Source of the DNA: an uncultured virus (IMG/VR IMGVR_UViG_3300037991_001521)
Taxonomy: Duplodnaviria; Heunggongvirae; Uroviricota; Caudoviricetes; Autographiviridae
Virus record (IMG/VR): IMGVR_UViG_3300037991_001521
Span: 45,975-65,974 of that record
DNA: 20,000 bases
Strand: one strand, 5' to 3'
Shown: positions 9,594 through 16,247 of the stretch, piece by piece
Layout: each line of letters opens with the position of its first letter
Position numbering within the stretch: position 1 is the stretch's first letter
The notes under the pieces: model-generated
The model's database searches: none
The model's input: only the letters and a program-made list of their open reading frames with translations
Told to the model about the DNA's origin: nothing
Made by a program: the position numbers and the translations under genes

Positions 9594-12229
9594 CAAGCCC
9601 TCCTATAGAATCGCGGTGTATATTGTCCTTCCCACATCATTGCATTTACAGCAACAGGAAAAGGTGAGTTGTTAAACATTTTAAGTCTAAAATTTTCAGT
9701 GCGTTGATGGATGGGAATAGTAAATACTGTCTCGTTATTTAGGGGTACGTCGTTAGCAAGGTATTGGTTTGCTTCTGCTACAGGTTGAATGTCAAACCAT
9801 TCATCAATGTAGAACTTAATTGCAGCATTATTAGCAGGTGCTGTTGTAAATACAATAGTTGTGTCGTTAGTAAAAGTAAACCCTGTTTCATTGACACCGT
9901 TGACGCTTACCTTGACATCAGACCTGTCAGCAAAATCAAGGTCACGTTTGTTGTAGGTATAGGTAGTGGTAGAACCATTACCAGTAAATTCAACACTGTA
10001 TGGAAGCCTGCCTTGCTGTTTGATTTTGAAGCTCATCATGCCTGACAAACCAACTGCAAACTTCATGCGTGCAATAGTTACATTGGCTGTAAAATCTGTA
10101 ATTGGATTTTCAGGTCGGTAGTATGTACGGGGTAGCTCTACATCAAAATTATATTTAAATCCAACAATTACATCATCAGCAACGTTAAGAGGGTCTTCAC
10201 CAGATGCCGTCAAATTTTTGTTGGGAATAATAAAGAAGGTTTCAGTGCTTGGAGAGTTAGGACCGTTTGTATCTGACCCACGTTCAGGTGTGAGGGTAAA
10301 ACCAGACTCTACAAACGTACCACCACTTGTGTCACCCTTGACGACAATGATAGGTGTCAATGACGAGACGTCGTTGTAGGGAATGTAGCACTTAGTACGG
10401 TTGTTAGTTGAGTCGTAGATGACTGCACTAGATGCAATGTTCTTGTATAGGTCGATAGCAGGGTTAACTTTCTCACCTTCGTTGTTGACAATAATTGCTT
10501 GTTCAGGGCTTTGGCTAAGCGCAGCCTTAAGCAGCGTGAACTGGTTACCCTGTTTAGTCACTGCATACATGTCGTCAGAATCGGCTGCAAGAAACTGCAC
10601 GTTGCCTGGCATTAACCAACTGACCCATGCTTCCATCAGGTTCTTTTCTCCGTCGTTGTAGTAACGGAACAAGAACACCTCATTTAAACTCTGACCACTT
10701 AAAGCAATCAAAGAGTTTTGTGGGCTAGAAATCATCAGGTCTACGTCTGGTGAAATCCATTCCTTAACTACACGAGAGGTGTCTAGGACCTGTGGATTTT
10801 CCTGCTGACCACGTGTAATCATACTAAACACACGGCTATATCCAGGTGTCTTGCTGACAAAGTTGATGTTGGTACCAACGTCTACAGGATGGATGTCACG
10901 ATCCATCTGATAGTTAGAAAGAGTCCTAATCGTTGCCAGTGAAGGTGTCAACACACCAGTGTCAGAGAACAGGATAAACTGTTGGTTTTCACTAAACAAA
11001 ACAACACCCTGAGCTGTAGGCAGTACAGCACTTAGTGACGTAGGTCGAATAGAAGAGCAACTGATGTCAATAGGGTCAGATTCAATAACTGTCTGAGCAG
11101 TGGTAAAGAAGAAGTTATAGAAATCACCTGACCGACTCATGATAACATTGTCACGAGAGATAAAACCTAGACGATTGTTATGAAAGAACCCACCTGTAAT
11201 TTTGTTGCCTACAAAACTTGGTTGTGAATTAGTGGTGTCGTCACCTACCTGTCTGTCAACATAGTTAATTTGTCGGAAAATAAACGTATCAGTAGCAGTG
11301 TTGACAAGTTCGTGCGGCATGGTCGAGTTATCAAGACCAACCGAAACTGTTGGGTTAATTGTTTCTTCCCAGTAACCTTCACCACCAGTACCGTTGTGTG
11401 CTACAAACTTAACCCAATAGTCTGCATCGTTTGCACCAGTCAGTACAACCTTTATAAGCCTACCATTTCTAGACTGTACAGGCAAGTCAGCAGTTGTTGT
11501 AACAACATCTTCAATTGCAAGCAAATCAAGATTGTTGATACCACCTTCTGCATGGACATCCATGTCAGCAGTGTGTACAAGCTCCAGTTCGTTGGCAAAC
11601 TGACTGACAGTGATACCAGCATGGTCACCAGTCATTGCTTCAATGTCTGTTTTCAAATCAGCAAGAACATCTGACGCATCACTTGAACTGGTGGCTGTAA
11701 AGGTTGCTGTCTGCTTTGTGCTGTTGACAGTAATATCAATCGTGTATGTAGCACCGTTGACTACAGTGCCAAGGACGATCGACACTGACCTGTGTGGATC
11801 ATAGTTGGAGTCAGTTACAGCAGAGTCAGCACTTACGTTGTCTTTGCTATTGATAATGATGCTGGTGTCTTGGACAGTAATAATTTCGTAGTTATTTTTT
11901 GTACCGTCCAGGTAACCAGTGCCATCAGGAAACGTAACCGTAGCTGCATTCCCAGTGACTGCATTCCAGATGTCAATGTCAGTACCTTTGATTACACCAA
12001 TGTATTCCTCATCGTTATCACGTTTGATGTAAAACCACTTACCATCATCGTAGGTAGTACCAGTGCCAAGGTTGAGAATATGCTCAAAACCAGGACGCTT
12101 TGTCAAACCATATGTAGCATCAGGAAATCCGTTGTAACACTCACGGACCTGACCTGGCAGCATTTTATCATCTGATTGTTTGGAGACGCCACCAAGGTAG
12201 CTTCCGACCCGTTGAGTTACTGATGCCAT
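9593..12229 (-). CDS. gp12: Tail tubular protein B (nozzle)
   Basis: 878 aa; N-terminus MASVTQRVGSYLGGVSKQSD...GLTKRPG, internal PSFVG...FFHNNRLGF...SRSGDFYNFF, C-terminus WEGQYTPRFYRR; follows gp11. Confidence 0.93.
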   Translation of the reverse strand: MASVTQRVGSYLGGVSKQSDDKMLPGQVRECYNGFPDATYGLTKRPGFEHILNLGTGTTYDDGKWFYIKRDNDEEYIGVIKGTDIDIWNAVTGNAATVTFPDGTGYLDGTKNNYEIITVQDTSIIINSKDNVSADSAVTDSNYDPHRSVSIVLGTVVNGATYTIDITVNSTKQTATFTATSSSDASDVLADLKTDIEAMTGDHAGITVSQFANELELVHTADMDVHAEGGINNLDLLAIEDVVTTTADLPVQSRNGRLIKVVLTGANDADYWVKFVAHNGTGGEGYWEETINPTVSVGLDNSTMPHELVNTATDTFIFRQINYVDRQVGDDTTNSQPSFVGNKITGGFFHNNRLGFISRDNVIMSRSGDFYNFFFTTAQTVIESDPIDISCSSIRPTSLSAVLPTAQGVVLFSENQQFILFSDTGVLTPSLATIRTLSNYQMDRDIHPVDVGTNINFVSKTPGYSRVFSMITRGQQENPQVLDTSRVVKEWISPDVDLMISSPQNSLIALSGQSLNEVFLFRYYNDGEKNLMEAWVSWLMPGNVQFLAADSDDMYAVTKQGNQFTLLKAALSQSPEQAIIVNNEGEKVNPAIDLYKNIASSAVIYDSTNNRTKCYIPYNDVSSLTPIIVVKGDTSGGTFVESGFTLTPERGSDTNGPNSPSTETFFIIPNKNLTASGEDPLNVADDVIVGFKYNFDVELPRTYYRPENPITDFTANVTIARMKFAVGLSGMMSFKIKQQGRLPYSVEFTGNGSTTTYTYNKRDLDFADRSDVKVSVNGVNETGFTFTNDTTIVFTTAPANNAAIKFYIDEWFDIQPVAEANQYLANDVPLNNETVFTIPIHQRTENFRLKMFNNSPFPVAVNAMMWEGQYTPRFYRRA

Positions 12230-12844
12230 TTATCGATAGAGTGCGTTGTAAGGTTTATAGCTCTGGTAACGATTCGTTTCTCCAGAGTGTCCAAAGAACG
12301 TGTAGTCACCTTGGTTGCATTCATACTCCATAGCCATAGCCCTGGTGAATGCTTCTTTTTGTTGTAGCATTTGATATTGATTTGTGTCACCAACAATGCG
12401 GCTAGACACAATAGAAGCTGCCCGTGCAGTAATGAAGTCTGCAATGGGTTTAGGCAGGTCTACCCAGTCAAACAACCAGACAATGTCACATTCAATGTCT
12501 TGATCAAATGTGTACTTGTGGTGTGCCTTGTCATACAGCTTACCGCTACGACGGATAACGTCGAGTTCTACGTTTGCTGCGTTGTCAGTTGCGTCAATCT
12601 GCAGTACGTTGTTGGGAATAGCAATTTCGTTGTCAGTGTTACGAGTCATTTTATAATGACCCTCTTTGTTAAATGTCCATCCCTCCGCCTGTACTTCCCG
12701 TGAGACTTCAAGCAAAGTCTGATAGGCAATCGCAACGTCCGGGTTGGTTTGATCTAGGGTAGTCACAGGCGCTTGACCACATGACTGCAGAATTTGATTC
12801 ACAGCGGGAAGTTCTTGCTGCGAGTTAGTGGTAGGAAAAGCCAT
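12230..12844 (-). CDS. gp11: Tail tubular protein A (adaptor/gatekeeper)
   Basis: 204 aa; ELPAVNQILQSCGQAPVTTL, EVQAEGWTFNKE, IRRSGKLYDKAHHKYTF are gp11-type motifs; follows capsid. Confidence 0.93.
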   Translation of the reverse strand: MAFPTTNSQQELPAVNQILQSCGQAPVTTLDQTNPDVAIAYQTLLEVSREVQAEGWTFNKEGHYKMTRNTDNEIAIPNNVLQIDATDNAANVELDVIRRSGKLYDKAHHKYTFDQDIECDIVWLFDWVDLPKPIADFITARAASIVSSRIVGDTNQYQMLQQKEAFTRAMAMEYECNQGDYTFFGHSGETNRYQSYKPYNALYR

Positions 12845-12850
12845 ATAAAT

Positions 12851-12875
12851 AAAAAAAGGGACCCCGAAGGATCCC
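12851..12875 (-). terminator. Intrinsic terminator after the capsid gene (T-phi position)
   Basis: Minus strand reads GGGATCC-TTCG-GGGTCCC-TTTTTTT: 7-bp stem, C(UUCG)G tetraloop and U7 tract, between gp10 and gp11. Confidence 0.92.
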
Positions 12876-12895
12876 TGTATACGTTGATAAAAAAA

Positions 12896-14041
12896 TCAGA
12901 ATGCAGCGTTACCAGTAGAACCGACGGCTGCACCAGCAATCAGTTCAACACAGCAAGCAGGGTTCAGATAGTCAGCGCCCATGGCGAGACGACCCAGAAG
13001 CACGTCACCTTGGTAGACCACGGAGACGTCACCGCTGGTGACCTGAACTTGAGGACCGATGGCTTCAACACAACCAGCACCTTCGCGCTGGAAGATCAAA
13101 CCACAGGAGTTAGCGAATTCGGTTTCTTCACCGTACTCGTTGTTGATGCCAGTGACATCGTTAGCAGCATCCTCAACACTTTCACCGACAAAGGAGCCAG
13201 TGTTACCAGGAGAGGTAGTGCCAGGGTTGGTAGCAGAACCAGTACCATACTTGGTACCGTAGTTGCTGAAGAACGGAATGTTCATGGACTTGAAGATCTT
13301 GATACCAGCAATCTCCACAATGCCCTGACCAGACTGCAGAGCGGCACCCTGCTCGTCACGGTTGATCAGTCCGTTGTTGCCAACTTCCTGGATCAAGGCA
13401 TAGTATTGTCGTGGGTTGAGGACCCCGACTCTGCCCTCGCTGCTGACCCCTTTTTCATCCATCGCAGCAGCGGCGTCGAAGAAAGCGGTGGTCAGCTTTT
13501 GAGCATCGTAAGCATCAGAAGCGTTAGCAGTAGCGCCAACACGAATCTGGGTGCCGCCGGGCTCAACAAAGCTAGACTTGGTAATCGGAGATGCAGCACG
13601 TGCACCACGGGTGATAGCACGGAAGATCAGACGATCATATTTCTGGGCAAGAGCATAGCCAATCTTACGGCTGATCTCAGAGCGCAGATCGTAGTGAGAC
13701 AGAGTCTCGTCAAGATCATACACGAAAGCCGAGCTGATGAGCAGGTCGTCAACCGTGATGGTCTTTTCAGCCACCGGGGGCGCACCGTCGGAGTTACCGA
13801 GGATAGCGTTTCCGGGGGTGTGGAATTCAGCAGTAGTGCGACCCGTGTAGATGAACTGCATAGATTTGCCGTTCTTCAGGGTACGCTTCATGACCAGGTC
13901 ACGAGCGATAGCATTATACTGGAATCCTTTGAACATCTCTCCAGAGAAGAGCTTCAAATAAAGAGCGCGGGCGTCTCCCGCGGAGTTAGATTGACCAGCC
14001 CTAGTTAGGGAAGTGGTCAGATCAGAAGACTGATGTGCCAT
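12896..14041 (-). CDS. gp10: Major capsid protein
   Basis: 381 aa; ALYLKLFSGEMFKGF, RTLKNGKSMQFIYTGR, EKTITVDDLLISSAFVYDLDE, YDLRSEISRKIGYALA, GRLAMGADYLNP match T7-like cyanophage capsids. Confidence 0.96.
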   Translation of the reverse strand: MAHQSSDLTTSLTRAGQSNSAGDARALYLKLFSGEMFKGFQYNAIARDLVMKRTLKNGKSMQFIYTGRTTAEFHTPGNAILGNSDGAPPVAEKTITVDDLLISSAFVYDLDETLSHYDLRSEISRKIGYALAQKYDRLIFRAITRGARAASPITKSSFVEPGGTQIRVGATANASDAYDAQKLTTAFFDAAAAMDEKGVSSEGRVGVLNPRQYYALIQEVGNNGLINRDEQGAALQSGQGIVEIAGIKIFKSMNIPFFSNYGTKYGTGSATNPGTTSPGNTGSFVGESVEDAANDVTGINNEYGEETEFANSCGLIFQREGAGCVEAIGPQVQVTSGDVSVVYQGDVLLGRLAMGADYLNPACCVELIAGAAVGSTGNAAF

Positions 14042-14073
14042 TTGTTAGGTACGAAATAAGTGTATAAGCAGTC

Positions 14074-14198
14074 TCCAAACGTTTGGAAAGGCAATGTGCC
14101 AAAATTTTTTGTGGTCTATCCCACCGTCATGACGGCGAAGGGTATCCGCGTACGGGCCAACGCCAATGCAAGGGAGGTCCGACTCTGAGGTGCCTCCC
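14074..14198 (-). promoter_or_regulatory. Structured 5' leader of the capsid gene (candidate cis-regulatory RNA or operator array)
   Basis: ~170-nt non-coding gap containing GGGAGG-N15-CCTCCC, GGCG...CCG-TACG-CGG...CGCC, perfect palindromes CCGTCATGACGG (14124-14135) and TCCAAACGTTTGGA (14074-14087), and GTGG-GATAGA-CCAC. Confidence 0.5.
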
Positions 14199-14211
14199 AA
14201 GCTGTTAAGAT

Positions 14212-14370
14212 TTAGTAGCCACGCATTTTTTTACGGGCTTCATTGATTGCGTTTTTCCTGCGTTGCAGCTTTGCAGCAGGTGAAACATTCTTTGGATTTT
14301 CTAGATGCTTTTTAACTTTGGTTTTGGCTTTACGCCCAACACCATCAAGAAAAGATTTGACAAGATCCAT
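14212..14370 (-). CDS. Small basic hypothetical protein (52 aa, MDLVKSFLDG...KKMRGY)
   Basis: ATG at 14370 lies 1 nt after the upstream TGA (14372-14374); K/R-rich; fills the gap on the coding strand. Confidence 0.6.
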   Translation of the reverse strand: MDLVKSFLDGVGRKAKTKVKKHLENPKNVSPAAKLQRRKNAINEARKKMRGY

Positions 14371-14371
14371 A

Positions 14372-14524
14372 TCAGAGGAGCCCTTTAAGACACTTTTTTT
14401 GTTTGCGACATTGTGGCTTTTTGTTACCACAGTGACCACAGCGATTGAAAACAATACTGTTATCTACAGACACAGGGTCCATCTTTGTAACAGCAGCTTT
14501 GACAACTTTAGATTGATGTGGCAT
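14372..14524 (-). CDS. Small Cys-rich basic protein (50 aa, MPHQSKVVKAAVTKMDP...RCGHCGNKKPQCRKQKKCLKGLL)
   Basis: ATG at 14524 follows an A-rich unstructured stretch; four Cys (CxxC...C...C); abuts the next ORF. Confidence 0.6.
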   Translation of the reverse strand: MPHQSKVVKAAVTKMDPVSVDNSIVFNRCGHCGNKKPQCRKQKKCLKGLL

Positions 14525-14546
14525 AATGTATTTTATTGTGTGTAGG

Positions 14547-14610
14547 CGTGGGCGCTTTCCGAACACCCACTCCTTAAACCGTTCCTTCGGGCTTTACAAT
14601 TGTGGAAAGC
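14547..14610 (-). ncRNA. Candidate structured RNA element upstream of the MPHQS peptide
   Basis: GCTTTCCACAATTGTAAAGC-CCGAAGGAACGG-TTTAAGGA-GTGGGTG-TTCGGAAAG-CGCCCAC: three possible hairpins, plus complementarity GCTTTCC/GGAAAGC and CCGAA/TTCGG. Confidence 0.4.
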
Positions 14611-14619
14611 TCTTTGTAT

Positions 14620-14733
14620 TCAGTTTTTAATTGTGCGCTTGACAATGTAAGCAACGCCCCGATACTTTAAGACAATCTCTTTTTGCTTGGCTTGCTGTTC
14701 ACGGATGCGCTGACGTACTTCAACTTGAGACAT
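14620..14733 (-). CDS. DUF4278-like 'downstream peptide' (37 aa, MSQVEVRQRIREQQAKQKEIVLKYRGVAYIVKRTIKN)
   Basis: Manual translation (below the ORF-track size cutoff); contains LKYRGVAY, the YRG motif of peptides downstream of Downstream-peptide RNAs; sits just 3' of the riboswitch. Confidence 0.85.
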   Translation of the reverse strand: MSQVEVRQRIREQQAKQKEIVLKYRGVAYIVKRTIKN

Positions 14734-14748
14734 GATTAGTTCAGAAAT

Positions 14749-14805
14749 AACCTACCCCCCGTTCCATGAGTAGGTTGCCTGCGTCCCGATAACGGGATGA
14801 ACGTA
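14749..14805 (-). ncRNA. Glutamine-II riboswitch (Downstream-peptide RNA motif)
   Basis: Minus strand: CGTTCA-TCCCG-TTAT-CGGGA-CGCAGGC-AACCTACTC-ATGGAACG-GGGGGTAGGTT. P1 CGTTC/GAACG, P2 TCCCG/CGGGA, 9-bp pseudoknot AACCTACTC/GGGTAGGTT, followed by a YRG peptide. Confidence 0.85.
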
Positions 14806-14819
14806 CGGCCTGAGTCTAA

Positions 14820-15164
14820 TTAAAAATCGTAAGTGAAGCCAACTTTTGTGCCATAGTTGTTGTCACTGTCAGCAGTCATAAACGACACTTCGCCATATGC
14901 AGACACGCTGTCTGAAAGGCTGACAGAACCTCCGACTTTGCCAGAGAATTCAAGTTCAGTGTCACCACCGTCAGGAGCGACGATGGCAGGACCTGCTTGG
15001 ACGAACCAGTTGTCCTTTTTGTAACCGACATGGTTGTCAATTACAGTGCCGCCATAGTTTGATCCAGAGAAACCAGAGTTGGCTTCCACGTTCAAATAGG
15101 GCTGGGCAGAGACTGGAGCTGCAACAGCAATGAGTGCTGCGGGGAGGAAAGCAGTGAGTTTCAT
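14820..15164 (-). CDS. Secreted small outer-membrane beta-barrel-like protein (114 aa)
   Basis: Sec signal peptide MKLTAFLPAALIAVAAPVSA, alternating amphipathic beta-strands (YLNVEAN, WFVQAGP, LEFSGKVGGSV, VSAYGEVSF), C-terminal YGTKVGFTYDF ending in Phe like a BamA beta-signal. Confidence 0.75.
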   Translation of the reverse strand: MKLTAFLPAALIAVAAPVSAQPYLNVEANSGFSGSNYGGTVIDNHVGYKKDNWFVQAGPAIVAPDGGDTELEFSGKVGGSVSLSDSVSAYGEVSFMTADSDNNYGTKVGFTYDF

Positions 15165-15173
15165 GTCAGTGTG

Positions 15174-15323
15174 TTAGCGTTTTTTGGCGGTTTTGGCAGC
15201 ACGCTTGAAGTTGGCGGCAGTCGGTGCTCCTTTGGAACCCGGCTTCCTCATCTTCTCGTTACTGCCTGCGGCGATACGACGCCGCTTAGCATGGATGTTA
15301 GCGTAGAGTCCAGGTTTTGCCAT
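15174..15323 (-). CDS. Small basic phage protein (49 aa, MAKPGLYANIHAKRRRIAAGSNEKMRKPGSKGAPTAANFKRAAKTAKKR)
   Basis: Manual translation; ATG overlaps the upstream TGA (TGATG); GLYANIHAKR...GAPTAANF resembles small hypothetical proteins I recall from marine phages. Confidence 0.8.
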   Translation of the reverse strand: MAKPGLYANIHAKRRRIAAGSNEKMRKPGSKGAPTAANFKRAAKTAKKR

Positions 15324-15490
15324 CACTTCATCCTCCGTTTACGCAATGCTGCAAAATCAGCACCGTCAATTTTCATTTTGTTACCAGCCATCCCAGCAAT
15401 CTTCTGTTGCTTAGACGACAATTTTTTGTTTTTGTTTTTATTTTTAGGCCGACCCACTTTGGAGCCGTATGTTCCAGGTCCGTAAGGCAT
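15323..15490 (-). CDS. Small basic phage protein (55 aa, MPYGPGTYGSKVGRPKNKNKNKKLSSKQQKIAGMAGNKMKIDGADFAALRKRRMK)
   Basis: Manual translation; starts 2 nt after the scaffold stop and its stop overlaps the next ATG. Confidence 0.75.
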   Translation of the reverse strand: MPYGPGTYGSKVGRPKNKNKNKKLSSKQQKIAGMAGNKMKIDGADFAALRKRRMK

Positions 15491-15492
15491 GG

Positions 15493-16245
15493 TTAAAAAT
15501 CAATGTCAGATAGTTCAAGCTTACGCATAATGTCGTTCCTGTATGCAGCGTCACGCTCGTAACGAGGATCGTTCATAGCATTGACAAGTTCAGCTTGACT
15601 GCGGAAACCTTCAGCGGAATCCGAAGCAGCCCGTCCTTGAATCAGCTCGCCTTCAGTACCCATTGAATCTTGGTACCGAAGGGCAAGTGCCTGAACAGCA
15701 AAGAAAGCAGCTTGAGTGTTACCACTCTCCATAATAGAATCATACATATCAATCTCTTGTTCGGAAAAGTTGTCCTTTGCCCAACCAAGTAGATTTGTGT
15801 ATTCACCATCACCACCAACCATATCTTTGAGCTGCGTTGCAGTCTCTTCGGTCATAGGCTCAAACGTATTTGCTTCCATCTGACGACGGTAATCAAGGTG
15901 CATCTGTGCTAGGTCAGTAGGATCGGCGTTGCTCAACTCTTCAAGAATGTCATCACTAAAATTATCATTTATTTCACCTTCCCAAAGACGGTCAAACAAA
16001 TCACTATCAGTTTCTTCAAGCTGTTGATCCTCAACTTGTTCTTCAGGCTCATCACCATCAGCGCCAAGTTTCTTTTGCAGTTCAAGGTATGCAGACTCAA
16101 GTTCTTGTGCGTTCTTATATTTGCCAGCTAGCATCTGTTCATGCTGAGCTTCTAGCTCTTCGCCTACTTGCAAAGAATCTTGTTCTTCTGCATTAAGTTC
16201 ACCCGGACCATTTTCTTCCGGGATCATAGACATTACTTCAGCCAT
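15493..16245 (-). CDS. gp9: Capsid assembly scaffolding protein
   Basis: 250 aa, very acidic; LAGKYKNAQELESAYLELQKKLG, VGGDGEY..LLGWAKDN, FRSQAELVNAMNDPRYERDAAYR; follows portal. Confidence 0.93.
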   Translation of the reverse strand: MAEVMSMIPEENGPGELNAEEQDSLQVGEELEAQHEQMLAGKYKNAQELESAYLELQKKLGADGDEPEEQVEDQQLEETDSDLFDRLWEGEINDNFSDDILEELSNADPTDLAQMHLDYRRQMEANTFEPMTEETATQLKDMVGGDGEYTNLLGWAKDNFSEQEIDMYDSIMESGNTQAAFFAVQALALRYQDSMGTEGELIQGRAASDSAEGFRSQAELVNAMNDPRYERDAAYRNDIMRKLELSDIDF

Positions 16246-16247
16246 AG

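Noticed and set aside
1994..12703. Numerous 60-134 aa plus-strand or alternate-frame ORFs
   Set aside because: Nested within well-supported structural genes, with no motifs or expression signals.
12876..12910. T7 gp10A/10B-type frameshift extension of the capsid
   Set aside because: No clear slippery site before the stop (the T-run lies after TGA), and the terminator follows within about 20 nt.
12794..14008. 404-aa plus-strand ORF
   Set aside because: Antisense shadow of the capsid gene with no recognisable motifs; long antisense frames are expected from the biased codon usage of highly expressed genes.
14525..14819. Hammerhead ribozyme core or NtcA box near the riboswitch
   Set aside because: I did not find CUGANGA/GAAA in the required arrangement or a GTA-N8-TAC site in these gaps by eye.
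15171..15485. 104-aa plus-strand ORF
   Set aside because: Antisense to two coupled minus-strand micro-ORFs that fit the operon.
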